The notes under the pieces were generated by a model that worked only from the letters and a program-made list of their open reading frames with translations, ran no database searches and was not told the origin of the DNA. Shown in pieces: positions 1-6,760 of a stretch of DNA of 32,000 nt; position 1 is the first letter of the stretch, and each line of letters begins with the position of its first letter. The DNA is from Geotalea daltonii FRC-32. GTDB taxonomy: Bacteria; Desulfobacterota; Desulfuromonadia; Geobacterales; Geobacteraceae. Location: NCBI RefSeq assembly GCF_000022265.1, contig NC_011979.1, forward strand, positions 930,001-962,000, in the 5' to 3' direction. The position numbers and the translations under genes were made by a program.

Positions 1-85
1 GAAACTTCAATCGCCGGAAGATGACTACGGTAACCAGTGCCAGTCCAAAGAGAATTTCGATGTCGCGCAGGGCCTCGTATGCCAT
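1..85 (-). CDS. 5' end of a probable CPA2/Kef-type cation:proton antiporter (partial, runs off the left edge)
   Basis: Not in the ORF track; only 28 codons are visible. The reverse strand reads GGAG-N9-ATG(85) then MAYEALRDIEILFGLALVTVVIFRRLKF. This is a hydrophobic first helix followed by RRLK, which resembles Kef/CPA2 N-termini from memory. It lies just downstream of the hairpin at 147-182. Confidence 0.35.
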   Translation of the reverse strand, partial: MAYEALRDIEILFGLALVTVVIFRRLKF

Positions 86-143
86 ATGCCGTTTCTCCGT
101 GATTGCTGAGGAAATCGTGTCGCCGGGAATGCATATGGTTTAT

Positions 144-185
144 AACACAAGCAGGGCCGCCTGGCAAAGCGGCCCTGCTTGTGTT
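144..185. terminator. Strong GC-rich hairpin, probable bidirectional intrinsic terminator ending the minus-strand envelope operon
   Basis: Perfect 14-bp stem ACAAGCAGGGCCGC (147-160) / GCGGCCCTGCTTGT (169-182) with an 8-nt loop, extendable to 17 bp. A/T-rich TTATAA-type sequence flanks both sides. It sits about 40 nt after the stop of the lipoprotein gene. Confidence 0.7.
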
Positions 186-221
186 TATAAAAGGTGCTCA
201 TGATGTTTTGGGAAAGGGCTG

Positions 222-1115
222 TCAGCGACCCATCATGCCCCCACCCATGGAGCCGCTCATGGGCTGCATCCTGCCGCCGCTGTAGTTCCAGAAATAGTTA
301 TAGCTGGTCATATTGCGGAAGGCTGAGGAGAAATTCCTGAAGCTGGTAGTTGGTATTCCTGCCAGTTGGGTCTGCATCTGGCTCTGCATGGAAATCATGA
401 AGTCGCTGTTCATGCCGAATCCCCGACTGGCGTTATCGCTGATCTGGGGCAGATTCTCGTTGATCTGGCCCATCATGCCGCGGAAGCGGGTGCCGTTGGC
501 GCTGGTGGTGCCGTTCATGACCAGCCCCGACTGGCTTGCCATCAGTCCGGCCATCTGCCGGGCTACCTGGTGCATGGCCTGATAATTTGTCTGGTATTGT
601 CCGGCTCTGGCGCCGGCCACATAATCGCCTAGAATGTTCATGCCGACAGGCATGCCAAGCTGGTTGCGCAACTGGGTGGTGGCTTCGGCCAGGGTCATGC
701 CCGGATTGGCCTCAAGCTTTTCCCTGAGCAGGGTGGAGATGGGGCTGATGAAGTTGCTGACTGTTCCCGAGACCCCGGCGCCCGGGGTGCAGAGCACATA
801 GGTTTTGTCGATGGTCACGCCGGGATTATCCTGGTCGATGGTCTGTCCCGCCACGGCAATGGCCACAATCGGATATTTCCCCACGTCCTCTGGAGCAATG
901 GTCAGTGTGTAAGCGCCGGTGGCATCGGTGGTGGCGGATGGCTCGCCGCTGTCCAGCTGGTAGTTACTGTTCTTGTCCATGAAGACCAGGGCATTCTGCA
1001 GGTATCCGTCGGCGACTACCCCTGCCACCGGGGTGCCTTCAACACTGCTGCTGCCGCCACAGGCGGCGATTAACCCCATGCTTGTCGCTACGAGAATCGC
1101 ACATATCTTTTTCAT
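222..1115 (-). CDS. Met-rich lipoprotein (297 aa), function unknown
   Basis: The ORF-track call 222-1451 is over-extended. The internal ATG at 1115 is preceded by AAGGAG and gives MKKICAILVATSMGLIAAC with lipobox IAAC. The N-terminal part looks like an Ig/carboxypeptidase-regulatory-type beta domain (ADGYLQNALVFMDKNSNYQLDSGEPSATTDATGAYTL). The C-terminal half is Gln/Met/Asn-rich and ends GGRMQPMSGSMGGGMMGR. Confidence 0.75.
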   Translation of the reverse strand: MKKICAILVATSMGLIAACGGSSSVEGTPVAGVVADGYLQNALVFMDKNSNYQLDSGEPSATTDATGAYTLTIAPEDVGKYPIVAIAVAGQTIDQDNPGVTIDKTYVLCTPGAGVSGTVSNFISPISTLLREKLEANPGMTLAEATTQLRNQLGMPVGMNILGDYVAGARAGQYQTNYQAMHQVARQMAGLMASQSGLVMNGTTSANGTRFRGMMGQINENLPQISDNASRGFGMNSDFMISMQSQMQTQLAGIPTTSFRNFSSAFRNMTSYNYFWNYSGGRMQPMSGSMGGGMMGR

Positions 1116-1138
1116 TTTGCTTGCTCCTTTTTTGTTGG

Positions 1139-2020
1139 CTACAGATCGTAGAAAACGGAGAATCCGGTACTGTAATCTGCGGTTGAGGATGTTATTCCTT
1201 TGGCTGCGTAAAATTCGATGCCTATCTTTGATGTTACCTGGTAGATCAGCTTCAGGCGTGCTTCCAGCAATGCCGTTGCATCTTCGGTGAGAGCCGTAGA
1301 GCTTTTGAGGATGAAGGCCGGCATGAAGTTGTCGGTAACCTGGTAGCCGAGGCCGCCGTTCAGGCTGAAGTAGTTTTTCAAGGAGAGGCCGTCTACCTTG
1401 CCCTGAAAGGTGTAGCCCGGTTCGACGACGGTCTGCCAGTCGCCGAACCATTTGAAGAATTCAATGGCAAAGCCCTCGTCGAACTTGCCGGTTCCCAGGC
1501 CCCTGTCGCTGTCGGCAGTGGGGATCTTCACCGACAGGTGAGGGCGGATCTGCGGCAGTATCGCCCCTTCTTTGGCCATGATGTAGCCGGCGCGCAGGGT
1601 GATGTCGCCGAGGCCGCTCTGGGCCCTGCCGGTGTCGCTGGTGGTCATTGCTGTGGCGCCGCTTCCGGTCATGCCCGATCCGGAGCCTGGTGTCCCCATG
1701 GCTTCGGTTGCCTTGGCCATCCCTGACTGCTGTCCCAGCATCTGCCGGAACTGGCCTGCAACCACGTTGCTGTTGCTCTGTCGCACCCAGGGAAATTCCA
1801 CGGAGAAGGCTGCGCGCTCCCCGGGGGTTACGGTGACCGTCAGGGGAACGACGATGGAGTCGGTGCGGACCGGGCTACCGTAGCTTCCCGATGTGAATTC
1901 CATTCCGAGCCCCAGTGAAAGCAACCGGTCGGAAGCTTCTGCTGTTGATGCTGCAACAATGGATACAACAGTTAACGCCATTACCTTAAACAGTACTTTT
2001 GTCGTCACTTTTTTTCCCAT
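1139..2020 (-). CDS. Outer-membrane beta-barrel protein, MetA-pathway/transporter-like family (PF13557-like), with a Met/Gly-rich loop
   Basis: Signal peptide ends AEA-SD. Alternating beta-strand pattern, GLGDITLRAGY motif and C-terminal FSVFYDL are as recalled for this barrel family. A loop at aa 94-128 reads MLGQQSGMAKATEAMGTPGSGSGMTGSGATAMTTSD. The start is uncertain, either ATG 2020 or the GTG 12 nt downstream. Confidence 0.7.
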   Translation of the reverse strand: MGKKVTTKVLFKVMALTVVSIVAASTAEASDRLLSLGLGMEFTSGSYGSPVRTDSIVVPLTVTVTPGERAAFSVEFPWVRQSNSNVVAGQFRQMLGQQSGMAKATEAMGTPGSGSGMTGSGATAMTTSDTGRAQSGLGDITLRAGYIMAKEGAILPQIRPHLSVKIPTADSDRGLGTGKFDEGFAIEFFKWFGDWQTVVEPGYTFQGKVDGLSLKNYFSLNGGLGYQVTDNFMPAFILKSSTALTEDATALLEARLKLIYQVTSKIGIEFYAAKGITSSTADYSTGFSVFYDL

Positions 2021-2042
2021 TCTCCTTGAATCTCCCGATTTA

Positions 2043-2573
2043 TTACCGCCGCATCATGCCGCCACCGCCACGCATCATGCCGCCTCGGAAGCCCATGCTC
2101 CGTTCGGTGCGATTCAAGCGCATTTCCCCCATGCCCCGTCCCGACCAGAGACCGATACCCTTCTCGTCGCGAAGCTCCACCCGGCTGCCGCGGGTCTTGT
2201 CGGTAAGCTTCTGGGCCATGAGATAACTCTTGCCATCCTGCCCCTGGGCCAGTGAGCCCTTGGCGGTCACTTCGTCGTTGACGTTTATGGCGATGCCCTT
2301 TGTTTCCCAGAACGATGACGGACCGACGCAAATATTGATGATTTCGTCGCTGCTTTTGACCGTGATCGTGACCTGTTTTTCCGGGGAATTGCGGGGAGGG
2401 CCGATGACTGTACCGTTAATGGTGGTGACGGTATTGATATCGTAGCCGCCGTTCAGGTCAAGACCGCTCCTGGTGGAGTCGCTGCCGAAACCAAAACCGG
2501 CCCATGCAGCTCCGGTCAAAACCGGGCACAGGATGGTTGCGGCAATCAAGATGAAGACATGGCGGCTGGGCAT
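2043..2573 (-). CDS. Secreted OB-fold-like protein (MamS/MamX-like or BOF-like) with a Gly/Met/Arg tail
   Basis: Signal peptide MPSRHVFILIAATILCPVLTGAAWA-GF. The core reads ITVKSSDEIINICVGPSSFWETKGIAINVNDEVTAKGS...LRDEKGIGLWSG, which matches my recollection of small periplasmic OB-fold proteins common in Geobacter and Desulfovibrio. The C-terminus is GRGMGEMRLNRTERSMGFRGGMMRGGGGMMRR. Confidence 0.7.
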   Translation of the reverse strand: MPSRHVFILIAATILCPVLTGAAWAGFGFGSDSTRSGLDLNGGYDINTVTTINGTVIGPPRNSPEKQVTITVKSSDEIINICVGPSSFWETKGIAINVNDEVTAKGSLAQGQDGKSYLMAQKLTDKTRGSRVELRDEKGIGLWSGRGMGEMRLNRTERSMGFRGGMMRGGGGMMRR

Positions 2574-2587
2574 GGGGTGTTACCTTT

Positions 2588-2878
2588 TCAATTGTTCGGT
2601 GGTGGCGCCTGTTCGGTCTGTGCAGGTGCCGGTTGCGATACGGTTGCATCTCTCTGATACTGCTTGCCGCGGCCGTCCATGGGGCGTTGATTTCCTGTCC
2701 CCTGTCCCTTCGGACCGGTGCCGTCGCAGGCAGGCTTGGTTGCAGCTGCTCTGTTCTGGCAGTTGGCACAACCGCCGTTGCCGTTGCCCCGTGATCCGTT
2801 GCTTCCCTTGGCAAACGCGGGGAAGGCACCGGCAAGGACGACAATTGCCGTGACCGTATAGATCAATGTTTTTTTCAT
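2588..2878 (-). CDS. Small secreted Gly/Asn/Gln/Pro-rich protein with CxxC (96 aa)
   Basis: Strong RBS GAAGGAGGAA lies before ATG 2878. Sec signal is MKKTLIYTVTAIVVLAGAFPAFA. The mature part is low complexity with GGCANCQ plus a third Cys. Only 14 nt separate it from the next gene. Confidence 0.6.
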   Translation of the reverse strand: MKKTLIYTVTAIVVLAGAFPAFAKGSNGSRGNGNGGCANCQNRAAATKPACDGTGPKGQGTGNQRPMDGRGKQYQRDATVSQPAPAQTEQAPPPNN

Positions 2879-2916
2879 GGTTCCTCCTTCTCTGGGATGT
2901 TTTGCTGAAGGAGTTA

Positions 2917-2933
2917 TTCCATGTTCTATGCCA
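2917..2933 (-). promoter_or_regulatory. Weak candidate sigma-54-like promoter (non-canonical -12) for the envelope operon
   Basis: The minus strand reads TTGGCAT-AGAAC-ATGGAA about 50 nt upstream of ATG 2878. The -24 element TGGCAT is good, but the -12 position has GG instead of the conserved GC. A sigma-70 alternative is TTGCAG-N18-TAGAAC. Confidence 0.25.
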
Positions 2934-2999
2934 AGGGGACTATTCCCTGCAACATTGCGAAATCATTGCTTAAGACAATGGGCAGCCTTGATGGATGTG

Positions 3000-3035
3000 G
3001 TGCAGAAAATTGCACTAGTGGTGAAAGGATTGCAC
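3000..3035. promoter_or_regulatory. Candidate enhancer (UAS) half-sites for the adjacent NtrC-type activator
   Basis: Palindrome GTGCA(3000-3004)-N6-TGCAC(3011-3015), with a further TGCAC at 3031-3035, 20 bp (two helical turns) away. These lie 70-105 bp upstream of the TGGCAT element, a geometry typical of activator binding sites. Confidence 0.3.
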
Positions 3036-3039
3036 CATC

Positions 3040-4398
3040 CTATGTCTCGCCAATGAGGTCGTATTCCCTGAGCCTGTATTGCAGGGTCCGACGGGAAATT
3101 CCCAGCTCGTCGGCCGTCAGTCTGCGGTTGCCACGGTTTTTCTGCAAGGCCTTGACGATCATTTCCCGCTCCATGCTGCGCAGCATATCTCTGCTGCCTC
3201 CTGGCTTTTCCTGGACTTGGCGGTTGAAAAGCGATTCGGGCAGATGTTCAGGTCTGATACAGTCGTGGGCAAGGATAGCTGCTCGTTCCATGACGTTCTG
3301 CAACTCCCGCACGTTGCCTGGCCAAGGATGGGAGCGCATGGCCCTGAGTACCTCCGGCTCTATTCGCTGCAGCTTCTTATTGAGTTGACGGCAGAAACGT
3401 TGCAGGAAGAAATCCACCAGGGCCGGCAAGGCATCTAGCCGCTCACGTAGCGGTGGGAGCAGCAGCGGGAAGACATTCAGGCGGTAATACAGATCTTCGC
3501 GGAAGCGCCTCGCGGCAACTTCATCCTCCAGGTGGCGGTTGGTAGCGGCTATGATACGCACGTCGACCTTGATTTCTTTTCGCCCGCCAACCCGTTCGAA
3601 GACGCGTTCCTGGATAACGCGCAGCATCTTTGCCTGGACAGCCGGCGGCATTTCCCCCACCTCGTCGAGGAAGATGGTTCCCCCAGCTGCCAGCTCGAAT
3701 TTCCCCTGTCGCGCCTGCAATGCTCCGGTGAATGCTCCCCGTTCATGGCCGAAAAGTTCGCTTTCCAGGAGATTTTCCGGGATTGCTGCACAGTTGAGAG
3801 CGACAAAAGGCAACCTGCTTCTTGGGCTGAGGAGGTGTACGGTCCTGGCAACCAGCTCCTTACCGGTGCCGCTTTCTCCACAGACAAGGACGTTGGCGGT
3901 CGTTGCCGCCACATCGTAAACCATCTTTCGTAGCGTCTGCATGACTTGCCCGGCAAAGACAAGTTCTTCGGGGGGAAGGCCTGCCGCTTCTGCTTCCTTC
4001 AGGGAAAGAAAAGCCCGGTTTCTAGTCTGGCTCTCCATGGTCCTGGCAACCAGGGAGAGGAGCGCTTCCGGAGCGGCAAGGGGCTTGGTGAGAAAATCGA
4101 CAGCCCCTTCCTTCATGGCGGCCACTGCCTCATCCACCGTGCCGAAGGCGGTCAAAAAGATGAATGGGGGCGAGCCAGGATCCTGTCTCGTTTCCCGAAA
4201 CAGCTCAAGGCCGCTTTTGCCCGGCATTTTCAGATCGGTAATGACCAAATCGAAGCTCTCCCTCGCAAGCACCCGGTCCCCCTCACGGCCATCACCTGCC
4301 AGACGCACTTCATAACCTTCGTCCTCCAGTATGGTCTGGAGAAAGCTCCTGAAGGTTTCGTCATCCTCGATCAACAGAATGCAACCTTTTGTTAACAC
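3040..4398 (-). CDS. Sigma-54-dependent response regulator (REC, AAA+ activator, Fis-type HTH; NtrC/ZraR family)
   Basis: Motifs seen: ILLIEDDE...ITDLKMPG receiver, Walker A GESGTGKE, GAFTGA loop (GHERGAFTGA), ESELFGHE, and C-terminal HTH LTADELGISRRTLQYRLREY. The start is trimmed from the ORF-track 4515 to GTG 4398, which is preceded by GGGAGG and lies 11 nt after the kinase stop. Confidence 0.9.
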   Translation of the reverse strand: MLTKGCILLIEDDETFRSFLQTILEDEGYEVRLAGDGREGDRVLARESFDLVITDLKMPGKSGLELFRETRQDPGSPPFIFLTAFGTVDEAVAAMKEGAVDFLTKPLAAPEALLSLVARTMESQTRNRAFLSLKEAEAAGLPPEELVFAGQVMQTLRKMVYDVAATTANVLVCGESGTGKELVARTVHLLSPRSRLPFVALNCAAIPENLLESELFGHERGAFTGALQARQGKFELAAGGTIFLDEVGEMPPAVQAKMLRVIQERVFERVGGRKEIKVDVRIIAATNRHLEDEVAARRFREDLYYRLNVFPLLLPPLRERLDALPALVDFFLQRFCRQLNKKLQRIEPEVLRAMRSHPWPGNVRELQNVMERAAILAHDCIRPEHLPESLFNRQVQEKPGGSRDMLRSMEREMIVKALQKNRGNRRLTADELGISRRTLQYRLREYDLIGET

Positions 4399-4409
4399 TC
4401 GAAGCCTCC

Positions 4410-5630
4410 CTACGCCGCCATGGCGGCGGGAAAAGTCAAGGTAATCGCGGCGCCCCGGCCGGGTTTGCCGGCCACGCCGATGGTGCCGCCGTGTTCCTCG
4501 ACGATCTTTTTGCAAATGGCGAGCCCGAGGCCTGTCCCTCTGGCTTTGGTGGTAAAAAACGGTTCAAAGATCCGCTCTGCTACTTCTTTGCCGATACCTG
4601 CTCCATTGTCGGTAATGACCATGGTCACCCCTGCCTGTGACCGATCGGCAACGATATCGACCATTCCCCCATGGGAAACGGCCTGTACAGCGTTCTGCAG
4701 CAGATTGAGCATCACCTGTCCAAGACGATCCCGGTCGCCACTTAGCCTCAAGTCTTCCGGGCATTTAATGGATATGATAACTCCTTTTGCTTCCACCTCT
4801 CCCCTGACCAGGGCAACAGCCCCTTCGATAAGGCCACATACCACGAAATCAGTTGCAGAAATCGGTCCACTGCGGGCATAGGAGAGGAGATTGAAGACCA
4901 GGCTTTCCAGTCGCAACGTTTCTGCGACGATCTTTCCGGCAAAGGCACTGTTTCGTTCATCCATCGGCTTTTTCCCGATCACCTGGGCGAAACCCTTGAT
5001 TCCTGCCAGGGGGTTTCTGATTTCGTGGGCGAGCATGGCGCCCATTTCTCCCAGCCTGGCAAGGTCTTTCCGGTGGGCCATTTCTCGCTGGTGTTGTTTT
5101 TCCCTGAGGGCGAAGCGGTAGATGACAGCGGAGAGGATCCAGCCGGCCATTAGCAGCGAAAAGAGGATCGCCATGTTGAGTTTCGCCTTGCGGATAACGG
5201 TGTCTGCCCGATAGGTATGGAGGGTGAGGTGCAGTTTAAGGGTGCTGCTCGGGAGGTGGATTGGGGTAATGTATTGGTAGGCTTTTTCTCCGGTGCCGAG
5301 GGTGACGCGGCTCTCACCGGTCTCGCCGGCTGCTGCGGGGCGAGGGGCTTCGACCGGTTGGCCGATCAGATCGGGGTTGGAGTGAAAGCGATAGATGCCT
5401 TTGTCGTCGGTCAGGGCGAGAAAGGCCATATCGGCAGGGTGGAGCCCCTCAAGCGTCTCCAGAGAGGGATCATGATAGACGATATTTTCCACGGCCGAGG
5501 TTATGGAGAGGGCGACGCCGCGAAGATTTTCTTCGGCAATGGCAGAAGCATCGTGATAATTGCGTACTGCAAACCAGCATAGTGACGTGGTCAAGACTAT
5601 ACCGACAAGCAGAACAACTCTTTTCAGCAT
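4410..5630 (-). CDS. Membrane sensor histidine kinase (two TM segments, ~150-aa periplasmic loop, HisKA and HATPase_c; ZraS/AtoS-like H-box)
   Basis: H-box is LAHEIRNPLAGIKGF, N-box is LLQNAVQA, G-boxes are DNGAGI and GTGLGL. N-terminal TM is VVLLVGIVLTTSLCWFAV and the second TM is AILFSLLMAGWILSAVIY. Confidence 0.9.
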   Translation of the reverse strand: MLKRVVLLVGIVLTTSLCWFAVRNYHDASAIAEENLRGVALSITSAVENIVYHDPSLETLEGLHPADMAFLALTDDKGIYRFHSNPDLIGQPVEAPRPAAAGETGESRVTLGTGEKAYQYITPIHLPSSTLKLHLTLHTYRADTVIRKAKLNMAILFSLLMAGWILSAVIYRFALREKQHQREMAHRKDLARLGEMGAMLAHEIRNPLAGIKGFAQVIGKKPMDERNSAFAGKIVAETLRLESLVFNLLSYARSGPISATDFVVCGLIEGAVALVRGEVEAKGVIISIKCPEDLRLSGDRDRLGQVMLNLLQNAVQAVSHGGMVDIVADRSQAGVTMVITDNGAGIGKEVAERIFEPFFTTKARGTGLGLAICKKIVEEHGGTIGVAGKPGRGAAITLTFPAAMAA

Positions 5631-5637
5631 CAGTTTC

Positions 5638-6036
5638 TCACAGTACCGACAGCACCCGCTCCATTTTCTCCCTGACCTTTCCGGCCAGCTGGGATATTTC
5701 CGGATTGCCGATCAGGGCCAGGGCTGCCACCGGGTCCATTATCATGACGGCGGTGCTGCCGTCATCCGTCTCGTAAACAACCACATTGCAGGGGAGCAGG
5801 GTGCCGATATTCAGCTCCCTGGCGAATGCCTCCCAGGCCATTGCCGGGTTGCATGCCCCTAAAATGACATATTTGCGAAAATTCCTGTCCAGCTTCTCCT
5901 TGAACTTGCGGGAGACATCGATTTCGGTGAGAATACCGAAACCCTCCTGGAGCAGCTCTTTTCGTACTTTCGTTTCCGTTTCCTCGAATGAAGACTGCAC
6001 TGTTTTACCGAAAGCATATGGTGTCTGCAGGTCCAT
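5638..6036 (-). CDS. DUF302 domain protein (132 aa)
   Basis: Trimmed to ATG 6036, preceded by AAGGAG. The sequence is MDLQTPYAFGKTVQSSFEETETKVRKELLQEGFGILTEIDVSRKFKEKL...YVILGACNP...LLPCNVVVYE, which matches the DUF302 pattern as I recall it. Its stop lies 7 nt before the kinase start. Confidence 0.75.
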   Translation of the reverse strand: MDLQTPYAFGKTVQSSFEETETKVRKELLQEGFGILTEIDVSRKFKEKLDRNFRKYVILGACNPAMAWEAFARELNIGTLLPCNVVVYETDDGSTAVMIMDPVAALALIGNPEISQLAGKVREKMERVLSVL

Positions 6037-6233
6037 GGCGAGCTCCTTGCTGAAAGGTAGTGAAGGTCCCTCGCAACTCAGGACCAAAACAGCATGCCAC
6101 AGGAGGTGGGAGAAAGTCGATGGATTTTGTGGCTGGTCACTGAATGGCGGGTACTTCCATGGTACCAGATTTAGCCCCTTGAGCAAGGTGAGCGCATGAA
6201 AGCGAATATGGATGATAAGACCCGGCTAATTTC

Positions 6234-6262
6234 TTGACATTCTACAACCGACCCACTATAAA
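6234..6262 (+). promoter_or_regulatory. Near-consensus sigma-70 promoter placing the transcription start at or next to the ATG of the Cys/His-rich gene
   Basis: TTGACA (6234-6239), 17-nt spacer, TATAAA (6257-6262). The ATG at 6269 is only 6 nt downstream of the -10 element, and there is no Shine-Dalgarno sequence. Confidence 0.55.
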
Positions 6263-6268
6263 AGTCCC

Positions 6269-6631
6269 ATGGGTAAAACAGCGGCTGTTAAATTCATTTC
6301 CTGGATTCTTCTTCTGGTCGTAATGACCGTGACGCTGCATTGCGTCACGGAAAACGCCCATGCCGTGCAAAACTGCCTGCCCATGGCCGGCGACCCTACC
6401 TCCTGTCAAAAGATACAATCTCACCAGTGCCCTTGTTCCCCCCCGGAACAGGACCAGAACCACAATGATTGCGACGCCTGCATCAATTGCGTTTGCCATG
6501 CACCTCTTACGGTCCAGCAATTCCACCTCAGTTACAAGCCAATCATCATTAGTTTTAGCTCGTCTGATCCCTTCAAGCACTTACCCGAAGTCTATCTTTC
6601 CAAGTTTGTTCCTCCTCAGAATCAAGCCTGA
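6269..6631 (+). CDS. Secreted Cys/His-rich small protein (120 aa), putative metal-binding accessory of the efflux operon
   Basis: Signal peptide MGKTAAVKFISWILLLVVMTVTLHCVTENAHA-VQ. The mature part has 8 Cys and several His (CQKIQSHQCPCSPP...HNDCDACINCVCH). It sits directly upstream of and co-oriented with the RND operon. Confidence 0.6.
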   Translation: MGKTAAVKFISWILLLVVMTVTLHCVTENAHAVQNCLPMAGDPTSCQKIQSHQCPCSPPEQDQNHNDCDACINCVCHAPLTVQQFHLSYKPIIISFSSSDPFKHLPEVYLSKFVPPQNQA

Positions 6632-6760
6632 CCAGCTTCGACGGGAGTAGTTCGCCCTTGTTCAGGGATAGTTGCTCCGCGTCTTCAGTCGTGGTATTTC
6701 CCCGTATCCTTTAGTATTGTCGCACCAAAACGAATAAACAGAATAAAGGAGGTTTTTCCT

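Noticed and set aside
21-285. Two 60-aa plus-strand ORFs at the left edge (21-203 and 103-285).
   Set aside because: They run straight through the GC-rich terminator hairpin and into the end of the lipoprotein gene. Neither has an RBS. The minus strand gives a more convincing antiporter-like N-terminus at 1-85.
222-1451. ORF-track N-terminal extensions: 222-1451, 3040-4515, 5638-6186, 8069-9391, 9439-12654, 22741-25701 and 25754-27649.
   Set aside because: The extensions overlap upstream genes or repeat elements and are Arg-rich nonsense. Internal starts with good Shine-Dalgarno sites give proper signal peptides or family-typical N-termini, so the trimmed coordinates were used.
6072-6087. 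A sigma-54-like element TTGGTCC-TGAG-TTGCG (minus strand) upstream of the DUF302 gene.
   Set aside because: The GG to GC spacing is 9 nt instead of the strictly conserved 10 nt, so I do not call it a promoter. It is kept only as a near miss.
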